Source of the DNA: an uncultured Chromatiales bacterium
Lineage (GTDB): Bacteria > Pseudomonadota > Gammaproteobacteria > Steroidobacterales > BM003
DNA: 64,000 nucleotides
NCBI GenBank assembly: GCA_937128475.1
Contig: CAKZML010000082.1
Span: 522 to 64,521 of the forward strand
Direction: 5' to 3'
Positions within the stretch are counted from its first letter, which is position 1; the number at the start of each line of letters is the position of its first letter. Positions 1 through 10,170 of this stretch are shown piece after piece. The translations under genes and the position numbers were made by a program. The notes below the pieces were generated by a model. The model was not told the DNA's origin. It saw only the letters and a list, made by a program, of their open reading frames with translations, and ran no database searches.

Positions 1-174
1 CTGGACGAGATGGCCAGCAAGGTCGCGGACTTCTATGAAGAAGACGTGGACAATGCAGTGGACAATCTCAGCAGCCTGCTGGAACCCATGATCATGTCCA
101 TCCTGGGCGTGCTGATCGGCGGCCTGGTTATCGCCATGTACCTGCCCATATTCATGATGGGTTCCGTGGTGTAA
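1..174 (+). CDS. pilC: Type IV pilus platform protein PilC (GspF family), C-terminal fragment; 5' end lies outside the window
   Basis: Frame +1 is open from the window edge to TAA 172-174. The translation ...[32 protein letters not shown] is the conserved C-terminal TM helix of PilC/GspF. It is followed by pilD-coaE as in pilBCD-coaE clusters. Confidence 0.75.
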   Translation: MDEMASKVADFYEEDVDNAVDNLSSLLEPMIMSILGVLIGGLVIAMYLPIFMMGSVV

Positions 175-198
175 CCAAGACCAAATATAGATCGAAAG

Positions 199-222
199 CG
201 CCGCCCACCTGGCGGCGTTTTT
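199..222 (+). terminator. Rho-independent terminator after pilC
   Basis: CGCCGCC (199-205) pairs with GGCGGCG (211-217) around a 5-nt loop, followed by TTTTT (218-222). Confidence 0.7.
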
Positions 223-264
223 CGTAACAGACCAGATAAGAGCTAAAGAAGAAAGGAAGGGACC

Positions 265-1152
265 TTGATAGAAATTCTCGCAGCAAATCCCGTGCTACTC
301 ACGGTCATCGTCTTTATTTTCGGACTGCTGGTGGGCAGTTTCCTGAATGTGGTGATCTACCGCCTGCCGGTCATGATGCAACGAGGGTGGCGCAGGGATT
401 GCCTGGAAATGCTGGAGCAACCGGCGGAGGCGGAGGAAGAGGTCTTCAACCTGACCCGCCCCCGTTCACGCTGCCCCCAGTGCTCGACTCAGATCACCGC
501 CCTGCAGAACATCCCGGTCATCAGTTACCTGGTGCTCAGGGGAAAATGCGCTAGCTGCAAGACTCCTATTCCCAAGCGCTACCCGGTGGTGGAACTGCTC
601 ACCGGCATCGCCTCGGCGGTCATCGCCTGGCACTTTGGCGCGACACCGGAAATGCTCGCCGCCCTGGGCCTGACCTGGGCATTGATCGCCCTGACCGGGA
701 TCGACATCGATCACCAGTTGCTGCCGGACAGCATTACCCTGCCCCTGCTGTGGATCGGCCTGGCCCTGTCACTGGGACATCCCCAGGCCGGCACCCATGC
801 ATTGTTCATTGACCCCGTCACCGCCCTGGTAGGCGCCATGGCGGGGTACCTGTCACTGTGGTCGGTCTACTGGTTATTCAAGATCACTACCGGCAAGGAA
901 GGCATGGGTTACGGCGACTTCAAATTACTTGCCGTACTGGGCGCCTGGCTGGGCTGGCAATTGCTGCCACTAATCATCATCCTTTCTGCCGTGGTTGGCG
1001 CCATAGTGGGTATCGCCATGATCGTGCTGTTTCGTCACCAGGCCAGCAAACCCATTCCCTTCGGCCCCTACCTGGCCGCAGCCGGCTGGATCGCCCTGAT
1101 GTGGGGTGACCGGATCGTGGAAACCTACCTGCAACTCTCGGGTCTGCGTTGA
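265..1152 (+). CDS. pilD: Prepilin peptidase / N-methyltransferase PilD (peptidase A24)
   Basis: 295 aa. TTG start just after a GGAAGG Shine-Dalgarno. CPQC...CASC cysteine pairs, GYGDFKL active-site Asp motif, multiple TM segments. pilC-pilD-coaE synteny. Confidence 0.93.
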   Translation: MIEILAANPVLLTVIVFIFGLLVGSFLNVVIYRLPVMMQRGWRRDCLEMLEQPAEAEEEVFNLTRPRSRCPQCSTQITALQNIPVISYLVLRGKCASCKTPIPKRYPVVELLTGIASAVIAWHFGATPEMLAALGLTWALIALTGIDIDHQLLPDSITLPLLWIGLALSLGHPQAGTHALFIDPVTALVGAMAGYLSLWSVYWLFKITTGKEGMGYGDFKLLAVLGAWLGWQLLPLIIILSAVVGAIVGIAMIVLFRHQASKPIPFGPYLAAAGWIALMWGDRIVETYLQLSGLR

Positions 1153-1787
1153 ACACACGCTCACAACCTGTCAGGCCGGGAAAACTCTGTATTGGTCTGA
1201 CCGGCGGCATAGCCAGCGGAAAGAGCGCTGTAGCGGAGATGCTGGCGCGACTGGGCGCCCACGTGGTGGACACCGATATTATCGCGCGAGACGTGGTCGC
1301 CCCGGGACAACCCGCACTGGAGGCCATCGTCGAGGCATTTGGCCAGGAGATCCTGGATGAGAATGGCGGCCTGGACAGGCGCATGATGCGCAACACGGTG
1401 TTTTCCAACCCTGAATCCCGTGCCCGGCTGGAAGCCATACTTCACCCCCTCATCCGCCAGGAACTCTGGCGTCGGGTAGACGAATCCGACAACCCCATCC
1501 AGGTGCTTGTGATCCCCCTGCTGGTGGAATCCGGCCTGTCTGGCATGGTAGATCGTGTCCTGGTGGTGGATTGCCCCCGTCAAACCCAGGTAAAGCGGTT
1601 GCTAAGCCGGGATGCCGAAACACCGGAACAGGCCGAGCGTATCCTGTCCGCCCAGGCCACCCGTGAAGCCCGCCTGGCGGCAGCTGATGACATCGTCGAT
1701 AACTCCGGAAGCCTGGCCATGCTGGCTCAATCGGTACAGGAAATTTACGCTAACTACCTCAGCCATACCGGGTCCGCGGAAAACTAA
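1149..1787 (+). CDS. coaE: Dephospho-CoA kinase
   Basis: 212 aa with GLTGGIASGKS P-loop near the N-terminus. The TTG start overlaps the pilD stop (TTGA). No ATG or GTG alternative lies upstream of the P-loop, so the start is somewhat uncertain. Confidence 0.9.
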   Translation: MNTRSQPVRPGKLCIGLTGGIASGKSAVAEMLARLGAHVVDTDIIARDVVAPGQPALEAIVEAFGQEILDENGGLDRRMMRNTVFSNPESRARLEAILHPLIRQELWRRVDESDNPIQVLVIPLLVESGLSGMVDRVLVVDCPRQTQVKRLLSRDAETPEQAERILSAQATREARLAAADDIVDNSGSLAMLAQSVQEIYANYLSHTGSAEN

Positions 1788-1837
1788 ATTCACTCAGTAA
1801 ATTGCACGATGCGTGCCCGTTGGGTAAAAATAGCCCG

Positions 1838-2632
1838 ATGAATGATCCAGCCGTACTAACTGCAACCTCCAGGGAGCCCGTGATATACGAGCAACCCCTG
1901 AGCGAGCGGATGCGCACATTCCTCCGGCTGGAGTTTCTGTATCACCAGGCTCTGAGCCACGCGGAACACGAAGGCAGCTGGGCCTCCAGGGCCGCCGTAC
2001 AGAGCCTGCTGGAGATACTGGCCATCCTCAGCCGGGGCGACCTGCGAAACGAGGTCCTCAAGGAACTGGAACGCCACGCCATTAACATGGGTCAGCTTCA
2101 GAGCCGCCAGGGAGTGGATACCGGACGCCTTCAATCGGTCCTGAAAAACCTTATGGAACTGCGCGAGCAACTCAATGCCTGTGGCGCACATTATTCCCAG
2201 CGCCTGAAAGAAAACGAATTTCTCAGTGCCATCAAGCACCGCAGCGCCATTCCCGGCGGCACTTGCGAATTTGATCTGCCCGAGTACAGCCATTGGCTAC
2301 GCCAACCCTATCCGGATCGGTTACGGGGTTTTGAAAACTGGATGGAGGATCTGCGTCCGCTGTGTGACAGCATCGCTGAATTGCTCTGGCTGACCAGGCA
2401 GACCTCGGTGTTCACAGAAAACGAAGCCGTTGGTGGCCTGTATCAGAAGACCATGGAGCGAGGCAGCAATCACGAACTGGTGCGCATCGCGTTATCACCG
2501 GACACCAACCTCTTTCCGGAAGTCAGCGGTGGCAGTCACCGGGTCATCGTTCGTTTCCTGAGTCTTTCGGAAACCGGCGGACGGGCCCAGCAAAGCAGTG
2601 AAACCGTCACCTTCAGAATGAGCTGTATCTAG
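1838..2632 (+). CDS. zapD: Cell division protein ZapD (YacF)
   Basis: ORF 1802-2632 trimmed to ATG 1838 (MNDPAV...). IYEQPLSERMRTFLRLEFLY is a ZapD-type N-terminus. coaE-zapD-yacG synteny. Confidence 0.88.
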   Translation: MNDPAVLTATSREPVIYEQPLSERMRTFLRLEFLYHQALSHAEHEGSWASRAAVQSLLEILAILSRGDLRNEVLKELERHAINMGQLQSRQGVDTGRLQSVLKNLMELREQLNACGAHYSQRLKENEFLSAIKHRSAIPGGTCEFDLPEYSHWLRQPYPDRLRGFENWMEDLRPLCDSIAELLWLTRQTSVFTENEAVGGLYQKTMERGSNHELVRIALSPDTNLFPEVSGGSHRVIVRFLSLSETGGRAQQSSETVTFRMSCI

Positions 2633-2856
2633 TGAGCGTTACCGTCCAATGCCCTCATTGCGGGACTCAAGTCTCGTGGACCGAGACATCCACATGGCGT
2701 CCCTTCTGCAGCGAACGTTGCAAGATGGTGGACCTGGGTGCCTGGTTTAGCGAAGAACGTGCAATTCCCGAGAAGAATGACCCGACCAGCGAACAGTGGG
2801 ATGACGATGATTCCGTCTCCAGCTTCAGCCCAGGCGATCCCTCAACGCCTCAATAA
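2632..2856 (+). CDS. yacG: DNA gyrase inhibitor YacG (zinc ribbon)
   Basis: 74 aa with CPHC...FCSERCKMVDLGAW signature. The GTG start overlaps the zapD TAG by 1 nt. Confidence 0.88.
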   Translation: MSVTVQCPHCGTQVSWTETSTWRPFCSERCKMVDLGAWFSEERAIPEKNDPTSEQWDDDDSVSSFSPGDPSTPQ

Positions 2857-3220
2857 TCGGCGCGTCGGCTTCCAGCAAATCTATGCGGTGCAGTTGCTCC
2901 GGCGAGACCCATTGTAGCGCCTGCCCCTCAAGGCTCTGGGGTTCGCCCCGAAATTCGGTGACCAGCCAGACATCAAGATGCACATGCCGATCGGCATAAC
3001 GGTGGGAAAGTTTTAGCAGGGGCTCGGCGTCCTGCACATCGATACCAAGCTCTTCACGTAGTTCCCGGTCCAGGCCCTGTCTTGGGCCTTCCCCGGTTTC
3101 AAGCTTGCCGCCGGGAAATTCCCAACGTCCCGCCATGTGGGTGCCCGGCAGACGCTGGGCAATCAACACGCCCCCGTCCGCATTCACCAACACACCGGCC
3201 GCCACGTGAATTTCCATCAC
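2825..3220 (-). CDS. mutT: 8-oxo-dGTP diphosphatase MutT (Nudix)
   Basis: 131 aa with Nudix box GGKLETGEGPRQGLDRELREELGI. Lies immediately downstream of secA on the same strand. Confidence 0.9.
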   Translation of the reverse strand: MMEIHVAAGVLVNADGGVLIAQRLPGTHMAGRWEFPGGKLETGEGPRQGLDRELREELGIDVQDAEPLLKLSHRYADRHVHLDVWLVTEFRGEPQSLEGQALQWVSPEQLHRIDLLEADAPIIEALRDRLG

Positions 3221-3242
3221 GGGCGACCACCGGAAAACGCAG

Positions 3243-6122
3243 CTATTTCAGACTGCCGTGGCACTGCTTGAATTTCTTACCCGAACCACAGGGACAAGGA
3301 CTGTTACGCCCCACCTTGGGCTGGGCGCGCACGAAAGGTTCCGCCGCGTCGGGCTTGGGCTGTTCTGCCCCGGAGCCACCCGCCTTGGACGGATCAGCGT
3401 GCTGGAACTCCATCTCACTGGTGCTTTCCCGGCGCTGCTGCTCGACGGCATCCACATCTTCCTGGCTCCTGAGCTGAACCCGGGACAGGGTGCTGATGAC
3501 CTCACGCTTAACCTGGGCAAGCATTTCGTTGAACATCTCAAACGCTTCGCGCTTGTATTCCTGCTTGGGATTCTTCTGGGCGTAACCGCGCAGGTGTATG
3601 CCTTGACGCAGGTAGTCCATGGCTCCCAGGTGCTCGCGCCAGTTGGAATCCAGCTGCTGCAGCATGATCGCCTTTTCGAAGTGACGTATCACCGGCTCGC
3701 CAATGGCCTGCACTCTTTCCTCGTACAGTCGATCCAGCTCGCCCACGATCTTTTCACGCAAGCCGGCCTCGCTCATCCCGGCGTCCTCACGCAACCATCC
3801 GGCCACGTCCAGGGTGGCGCCGAAATCGTGTTCCAGCACTTGCTCAAGACCCTGCACTTCCCACTGCTCCTCGGGACTGCCGGGGATTATGTATTTATCG
3901 ATTTCTTCGTTAATCACTTCATGGCGCAAACCGAAGATGTTCTCGGCGATGTCTTCCGCTTCCATCACCTCGGCGCGTTCACGGTAAATCACCCGACGCT
4001 GATCATTGGACACGTCATCGTATTCAAGCAGTGACTTACGAATATCAAAGTTGTGCGCTTCCACCTTGCGCTGGGCACGTTCGATTTGCCGCGACAGCAT
4101 CTTGCTCTCGATGGCCTCGCCCTCACGCATGCCCACCCTGGACAACATTGCCTTGGTGCGCTCCGGATCACCGAAGATGCGCATCAGGTTGTCTTCCATG
4201 GACAGGTAGAAACGGCTGGAGCCCGGATCACCCTGGCGACCGGAACGGCCTCTGAGCTGATTATCGATACGGCGGGATTCGTGCCTCTCGGTACCGATGA
4301 TATGTAGTCCACCGGATTCCAGCACCTGGTTGTGGCGAGTCTGCCAGCGTTCGCGGATCGCAGCGACTTCTTCATCGCTAATGTCCTCGCGCAACTCGGC
4401 CAGCTCCACGTCCAGGCTTCCGCCCAGCACGATGTCGGTACCACGACCCGCCATATTGGTGGCGATGGTGATGGCGCCGGGCCGACCGGCCTGGGCCACG
4501 ATGCCCGCTTCCTGGGCATGTTGCTTGGCGTTAAGCACCTTGTGAGGCAGGGCAGCCTTGGTCAGCAAATCGGCAAGATACTCCGATGCCTCAATCGAGG
4601 TGGTACCGATAAGTACCGGCTGCTTGCGCTCATGACAATCTTTGGCATCTTCCAGGATCGCGTCGTACTTGTCCTTTTGGGTCAGGTACACCAGATCAGC
4701 GCCGTCCTTGCGGATCATGTCCTTGTGAGTGGGGATAACCACCACTTCCAGGCCATAAATTTGCTGGAACTCGTAGGCCTCGGTATCGGCTGTGCCGGTC
4801 ATGCCGGCCAGCTTGTCGTACATGCGGAAATAATTCTGGAAGGTAATGGAAGCCACCGTCTGGTTTTCTTCCTTTACCTGTACGCCTTCTTTTGCTTCCA
4901 CTGCCTGGTGCAGACCATCAGACCAGCGGCGCCCGGGCATGGTTCTGCCGGTGAACTCGTCAACGATGACGATTTCGCCATCATTGACGATGTATTCCAC
5001 ATCGATGTGGAACAGGTGGTGGGCACGCAGGGCCGCGGTCAGGTGATGCATCAATTTGATGTTGCCCGCGTCGTAAAGACTCTCGCCTTCCTTGAGCAAA
5101 CCGGCCTTGGCCAGCAGCTTCTCAAGCTTGGCATGACCTTCTTCGGTGAGATAGGCCTGCTTGCCCTTCTCATCGATGGTGAAGTCGCCGGGTTTGACGA
5201 TCTGGGCAATCGGCGGCTTGGCCGTCGGCTCCATTTCCACCAGGTCGGCGTCTTGCTCTGATGCCTGCTTCAATGCCTTGTTGATTGACATCTCGCCCAG
5301 GGACTTGCCGTCGGCGTCCAGCAACTCAACCTTGCCGGCCATGATGTCTTCATTGCGTTTGGCATTGGGACCGCCAGCCTGGAGAGTCAGCTGGGGAACA
5401 ATGGCGTTCATTCGCACATACAGATCGGTGCGCTCTTCCGAGGGGCCGGAAATAATCAACGGGGTACGCGCTTCATCGATCAGGATGGAGTCGACCTCAT
5501 CCACCACCGCGAAGGCTTGCTCACGCTGAACACGATCCTCGGGACGGAACGCCAGGTTGTCGCGCAGGTAATCGAAACCGAATTCATTGTTGGTGCCGTA
5601 GGTAATATCTGCGGAGTAGGCTGCGCGCTTGGCCTCGGTATCCATGCCTGCCTGGATGACTCCAACGGTCATACCCAGGAATTCGTAGACCGGTGCCATC
5701 CACCGGGCGTCACGCGCTGCCAGGTATTCATTCACGGTGACGATATGCACACCATTTGCCGGCAAGGCATTAAGGTATGCCGACAGGGTGGACATGAGGG
5801 TCTTACCCTCACCAGTGCGCATTTCCGAGATCTTGCCCTGGTGCAACACGATGCCACCAATGAGCTGCACATCGAAATGCCGCATTCCCAGGGTTCGCAC
5901 CGAGGACTCCCTGACTACCGCAAATGCTTCGGGCAGCAGATCATCCAGGCTGGCGCCCTCTTCCAGGCGCTTTCGGAACTGGGCTGTCTTGCCACGCAAT
6001 TCCTCATCGGACAGAGCCTGCATCTTGGGCTCAAGGGCATTGGTCTTGTTGATCAGTCGAGAAAGCTTTTTCAACAGGCGCTGATTACGGCTTCCGAAGA
6101 TACTGGTGAAAATTTTTCGCAC
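3243..6122 (-). CDS. secA: Preprotein translocase ATPase SecA
   Basis: 959 aa with MRTGEGKT Walker [20 protein letters not shown], and the C-terminal zinc motif [14 protein letters not shown]. Confidence 0.98.
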   Translation of the reverse strand: MRKIFTSIFGSRNQRLLKKLSRLINKTNALEPKMQALSDEELRGKTAQFRKRLEEGASLDDLLPEAFAVVRESSVRTLGMRHFDVQLIGGIVLHQGKISEMRTGEGKTLMSTLSAYLNALPANGVHIVTVNEYLAARDARWMAPVYEFLGMTVGVIQAGMDTEAKRAAYSADITYGTNNEFGFDYLRDNLAFRPEDRVQREQAFAVVDEVDSILIDEARTPLIISGPSEERTDLYVRMNAIVPQLTLQAGGPNAKRNEDIMAGKVELLDADGKSLGEMSINKALKQASEQDADLVEMEPTAKPPIAQIVKPGDFTIDEKGKQAYLTEEGHAKLEKLLAKAGLLKEGESLYDAGNIKLMHHLTAALRAHHLFHIDVEYIVNDGEIVIVDEFTGRTMPGRRWSDGLHQAVEAKEGVQVKEENQTVASITFQNYFRMYDKLAGMTGTADTEAYEFQQIYGLEVVVIPTHKDMIRKDGADLVYLTQKDKYDAILEDAKDCHERKQPVLIGTTSIEASEYLADLLTKAALPHKVLNAKQHAQEAGIVAQAGRPGAITIATNMAGRGTDIVLGGSLDVELAELREDISDEEVAAIRERWQTRHNQVLESGGLHIIGTERHESRRIDNQLRGRSGRQGDPGSSRFYLSMEDNLMRIFGDPERTKAMLSRVGMREGEAIESKMLSRQIERAQRKVEAHNFDIRKSLLEYDDVSNDQRRVIYRERAEVMEAEDIAENIFGLRHEVINEEIDKYIIPGSPEEQWEVQGLEQVLEHDFGATLDVAGWLREDAGMSEAGLREKIVGELDRLYEERVQAIGEPVIRHFEKAIMLQQLDSNWREHLGAMDYLRQGIHLRGYAQKNPKQEYKREAFEMFNEMLAQVKREVISTLSRVQLRSQEDVDAVEQQRRESTSEMEFQHADPSKAGGSGAEQPKPDAAEPFVRAQPKVGRNSPCPCGSGKKFKQCHGSLK

Positions 6123-6318
6123 GAATTCTTTTCCTTTAGCCCGCGGCCAAAATAAGGCCTAAACGGGTCGGCAAGGCCGACGTGGTCTCAGCAAACCGGT
6201 TATTCTAATTGGAATGCCCGAAGGTGGGAAATGGTGTCTCTGAAGGCAAAGTTCAAGTATTCGCATGAAATTACTTGATTCCTATCAGGAACTGCCGCAA
6301 ATCAGGCCTCTCGGGGCC

Positions 6319-7245
6319 CTATTTGTCGGTGCGAATGAACTCCAGCGGGTTTACCTTGCGTCCATCCCGCAGCACTTCGAAGTGCAGATTAGGCCCTGTA
6401 GCGCGGCCTGAGGAGCCCATAAGCGCGATTAACTGGCCTTTTTCGACCTCATCGCCCACAGACACCTTGTTTTCCTCGTTGTGAGCGTAGCGGGTCACGT
6501 AGCCGTTACCGTGGTTCACCTCGACCAACTGCCCGTAGCCATGCCGGTTACCGGACCAGGTCACGACTCCTGCGCCTACCGTCGAGATTTCCGTTCCCCT
6601 GCGGCCTGCAAAATCCACACCCCAGTGGGTGGCATCCTTTCCGCTAAACGGATCGGTGCGCTTGCCAAAGTGCGAGGACATCCAGCCCGACTGCACCGGT
6701 CTGCCCTTGGGCACCACCTGGGCATTCAGATTTCGGTCAATCAACAGGTTTTCCAGGACGCCCAACTGCAGTTCGCGATCAGCGATGCGACCTTCCAGCT
6801 CGTTCAGGCGCAGCTCGAGATCAGGCATATGCACGGACTGGGCATCCACGCTGGGCTCGGGACCACCCAGGGCCGGAGCGCTGTCAAAATCGAATTCGCC
6901 ATCATCCAGCTTGCCCATTTCAGTGAGTCGGCGGCCCATGGCGTCCAGGCGAATAACGTGGGCATTGAGTTCGGCCATGCGCACTGCGAAGGCATCAACC
7001 ACTTCCTGGTTTTCGATCCGGGCAGCTTCAACCTCGCCCTTTTGCGCGCGCAATTCGGCACGCATCGAATCAAACTGGGCCACCGGGAGATCGGTCGCCT
7101 GGCTGTATCCAAGCAGGTAACCGCCTGCCAGACCCACCAACACCAGTACGCTCAGCGCAGCACCAAGGCCCGCCAGGGAAAGGGGGTTTTTCAAACTAAT
7201 GGGACGCGCCTGGCCATGGCGGCGGGTAATCAAAATAATATTCAT
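6319..7245 (-). CDS. M23 family metallopeptidase (murein endopeptidase with N-terminal TM and coiled-coil region)
   Basis: ORF 6319-7290 trimmed to ATG 7245, which has an AGGAG about 10 nt upstream. LytM-type motifs HWGVDFAG (HxxxD) and GPNLHFEV (HxH) are both intact. Confidence 0.85.
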   Translation of the reverse strand: MNIILITRRHGQARPISLKNPLSLAGLGAALSVLVLVGLAGGYLLGYSQATDLPVAQFDSMRAELRAQKGEVEAARIENQEVVDAFAVRMAELNAHVIRLDAMGRRLTEMGKLDDGEFDFDSAPALGGPEPSVDAQSVHMPDLELRLNELEGRIADRELQLGVLENLLIDRNLNAQVVPKGRPVQSGWMSSHFGKRTDPFSGKDATHWGVDFAGRRGTEISTVGAGVVTWSGNRHGYGQLVEVNHGNGYVTRYAHNEENKVSVGDEVEKGQLIALMGSSGRATGPNLHFEVLRDGRKVNPLEFIRTDK

Positions 7246-7514
7246 TAAGCCATGGCTCCTGAAATCAGAATGACTGGGCGCGCCGGGCATTGTGCCACAA
7301 GACAGCCCCCAGGGTAGAAACCCGCAGGCTGCGACGTATGAATACCGAATTTTGTCATTCTGGTAACCCCGCTATCCTAGGTCTTGCCCTTAGATCGGTG
7401 GCTTTGCGACCCCACTTTTCAGCGGGTATGCCCTAAACAGGCTGTTACTATGCCTGTCCTATTATGGAAAACTCAACGATACTAGCTCGAAACTGAGACC
7501 CACTTCACCTGATT

Positions 7515-7844
7515 ATGGCACGCGAACCTCAAAACCTGGCGGATCTACTCTCTAACCCGGGCTCTGCCCTGGGTCGGCTGGTAGCTGGCGCGGCAAAACG
7601 CAAGTCCTTGATAATGCAGGTCAAATCCTGTCTTGATCCCGAGCTTTCGGAGCACTTGATCGGAGTTAACGTCAAGGACGATACCCTGATTTTACTGTCT
7701 GACTCGGCTGCCTGGGCAACCCGGCTTCGTTACGCCGGACCGGTTCTTTGCAAGCAACTAAGCGAGCAATTCGAACTCACCCTGCAAAAAGTCCAGGTGA
7801 AAGTGCGCGCACCGGACCAGGCGAGGCCGTCGGAGTCAAAATAG
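7515..7844 (+). CDS. dciA: DUF721 protein, DciA-type replicative helicase operator/loader candidate
   Basis: 109 aa. The core DDTLILLSDSAAWATRLRYAGPVLCKQL resembles the DUF721/DciA fold signature. It sits between the secA-side M23 peptidase and lpxC, where Pseudomonas-type genomes carry this gene. Confidence 0.7.
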   Translation: MAREPQNLADLLSNPGSALGRLVAGAAKRKSLIMQVKSCLDPELSEHLIGVNVKDDTLILLSDSAAWATRLRYAGPVLCKQLSEQFELTLQKVQVKVRAPDQARPSESK

Positions 7845-7857
7845 CCTTCTCGGAATT

Positions 7858-8769
7858 CTAGTAAGCCGGCACCGGGCTGGTATAGGTCAACGGCGAGCTT
7901 GCCTTGTCCTCGAAAGTCACCAATTCCCAGGCTTCCTGCCTGGCCAGCAACGCCCTCACCAGGGCCACGTTCATGGCATGGCCGGCCTTGTATCCGGTGA
8001 ACTTGCCAATCAGCGCATAGCCACACAAGTACAGGTCGCCCAGGGCGTCCAGAATTTTGTGCTTCACGAACTCGTCGTGATAACGCAGACCATCTTCGTT
8101 CAGGATTCGGTAATCATCCATCACGATGGCATTGTCCATGGTGCCACCCAGGGTAAGGTTCCGCTCACGCAGCACCTCGATGTCACTCATGAAACCGAAG
8201 GTACGGGCACGACTGATCTCGCGCAGGAATGCCGCGGATGAAAAATCAATCGTTGCCGTCTTGGGAAGCTTCTTGAATACCGGGTGATCGAAATCAATCG
8301 TGAAATTCAGCTGATATCCATCATGGGGCTCGAACTGCGCCCACTTGTCTCCGTCTTCAACCCGCACGGTCTCCTTGATACGGAGCATACGCTTGGGGGC
8401 ATTCTGTTCTTCGATACCCGCAGACTGGATCAGGAATACAAAGGGTCCGGCGCTACCGTCCATGATAGGAACTTCAGCAGCACTAAGGTCGACAAAGGCG
8501 TTATCAACGCCCAGGCCAGCAAAGGCAGACATCAGATGCTCAATCGTGGCTATCTTGACGCCGTCCTTTTCAAGGGTCGTGCCCAACATGGTATCGCCCA
8601 CCAGTTCAGAACTGGCAGGCAGATCCACGGGAGACTCAAGATCCACGCGACGAAACACGATACCCGTGTTCACCGGAGCCGGGCGCAGGGTCATATAGAC
8701 CTTCTGCCCCGAATGCAGTCCGATGCCTGTGGCACGGATCTTGGTTTTTAAACTTCTCTGCCTCAGCAT
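7858..8769 (-). CDS. lpxC: UDP-3-O-acyl-N-acetylglucosamine deacetylase
   Basis: 303 aa. The N-terminus [41 protein letters not shown] and the [10 protein letters not shown] motif match LpxC. ftsZ-lpxC synteny. Confidence 0.97.
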   Translation of the reverse strand: MLRQRSLKTKIRATGIGLHSGQKVYMTLRPAPVNTGIVFRRVDLESPVDLPASSELVGDTMLGTTLEKDGVKIATIEHLMSAFAGLGVDNAFVDLSAAEVPIMDGSAGPFVFLIQSAGIEEQNAPKRMLRIKETVRVEDGDKWAQFEPHDGYQLNFTIDFDHPVFKKLPKTATIDFSSAAFLREISRARTFGFMSDIEVLRERNLTLGGTMDNAIVMDDYRILNEDGLRYHDEFVKHKILDALGDLYLCGYALIGKFTGYKAGHAMNVALVRALLARQEAWELVTFEDKASSPLTYTSPVPAY

Positions 8770-8981
8770 TCAAATGCCTCCTGACAATTCGACAGCCGCC
8801 AACCACGTTACCGTTCAGTGGGGGTCGTCACTACCGGTCACCGGACACACTAAATCTGCCCGGACCGGCATATCGGTCACGTAAGCTATCACAACCGCGA
8901 AATGTCATACAAGGACTTGATTCCCTTGACTTTGCTGCTTTGCTCCCAAACTAATATGTTGTCAAATTACAACACACGCCC

Positions 8982-10130
8982 TTAATCAGCCTGCCTACGT
9001 AGGAAAGCCGGGATGTCCAGCATGTCATCGCTACCACCAAAACTGGGCGATTGACCGCTTTCAGCCTGGCGCTGACGACGGCGAATTGCCGGCTCATCGT
9101 AGTTGGTAGGCCCGCCATTGGTACCCGTAGCGCGCACAACCTGGATGTGAGGCTGGGGCTCGGCCCGACTTGCAGGCTGTCCCAGGCCAGTAGCCACAAC
9201 GGTTACCCGCAGTACATTGCCCATCTCGGGATCAATGACTGTGCCCAGCACAACGGTGGCGTCTTCCGAGGCAAAGGCCTTGATGGTCTCGCCCACTTCC
9301 TGAAGTTCGCCGATGGACAGATCTTCGCCAGCGGTGACGTTGACCAGGATGCCGTTGGCGCCGGCCAGGTTGACGTCTTCCAACAAGGGACTGGACACGG
9401 CAGCTTCGGCGGCTTCGCTTGCGCGACCCTCGCCTACAGCCTCACCGGTACCCATCATCGCCATACCCATTTCGGACATGACTGTACGCACGTCCGCAAA
9501 GTCGACGTTGATCAGGCCGGGACGGGTAATCAATTCAGCAATACCCTGCACCGCACCCTGCAGCACTTCGTTGGCCTTGGCAAAAGCTTCCAGCAAGGAT
9601 GTGCTGGGGCCAAGAACCGTCAGCAGCTTCTCGTTGGGAATGGTGATCAGCGAATCAACATATTTGCCCAACTCTGCAATACCCTGGTCGGCTATGCGAT
9701 TGCGCTTGCCGCCTTCCATATCGAAAGGACGAGTCACCACCGCCACGGTCAGGATGCCAAGTTCCTTGGCTACCTGGGCCACCACAGGTGCTGCACCGGT
9801 TCCGGTACCGCCGCCCATTCCAGCGGTGATGAACAGCATGTCGGAACCCTCGATGGCTTCCTGGATCCTGTCGCGATCTTCCATCGCTGCCTGGCGACCC
9901 AACTCGGGGTTGGCGCCCGCGCCCAGGCCCTTGGTGATGTTGCAGCCAATCTGGATAGATGACTTCACATCAGTGTTACGCAACGCCTGGGAATCGGTGT
10001 TAGCGCATATAAATTCCACGCCTTCGATACCTGACAGGCGCATGTGCTTGACGGCATTACCGCCGCCCCCGCCTACACCGATGACCTTGATAACTGCGTT
10101 TTGGCTATACGCATCCATTAACTCAAACAT
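8982..10130 (-). CDS. ftsZ: Cell division GTPase FtsZ
   Basis: 382 aa with GVGGGGGNAV and GGGTGTGAAPV tubulin signatures and the C-terminal DIPAFLRRQAD peptide. Confidence 0.98.
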   Translation of the reverse strand: MFELMDAYSQNAVIKVIGVGGGGGNAVKHMRLSGIEGVEFICANTDSQALRNTDVKSSIQIGCNITKGLGAGANPELGRQAAMEDRDRIQEAIEGSDMLFITAGMGGGTGTGAAPVVAQVAKELGILTVAVVTRPFDMEGGKRNRIADQGIAELGKYVDSLITIPNEKLLTVLGPSTSLLEAFAKANEVLQGAVQGIAELITRPGLINVDFADVRTVMSEMGMAMMGTGEAVGEGRASEAAEAAVSSPLLEDVNLAGANGILVNVTAGEDLSIGELQEVGETIKAFASEDATVVLGTVIDPEMGNVLRVTVVATGLGQPASRAEPQPHIQVVRATGTNGGPTNYDEPAIRRRQRQAESGQSPSFGGSDDMLDIPAFLRRQAD

Positions 10131-10170
10131 GTTGATGTTCTCCTATGACGACCCGCTAAAAAAATTAAAA

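Noticed and set aside
4332-5261. 309-aa plus-strand ORF antisense to secA, and similar long antisense ORFs at 9313-10329 (ftsZ), 44043-44804 (ptsN), 46370-47281 (mgtE), 28962-29720 (lpoA) and 59370-60188 (metK)
   Set aside because: All are embedded in strongly supported genes on the other strand, lack motifs and SD-linked starts, and show biased low-complexity composition. They are shadow ORFs.
6123-6318. Checked for a secM-like leader ORF upstream of secA
   Set aside because: There is no minus-strand ORF in the 196-nt gap. Only a short GTCGGC-AAG-GCCGAC hairpin is present, so there is no SecM-type regulation here.
7338-7436. 32-codon plus-strand ORF (MNTEFCHSGNPAILGLALRSVALRPHFSAGMP) in the M23-peptidase/dciA divergent spacer
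   Set aside because: It has no Shine-Dalgarno and no recognisable features. It lies in promoter space and is indistinguishable from a chance ORF.
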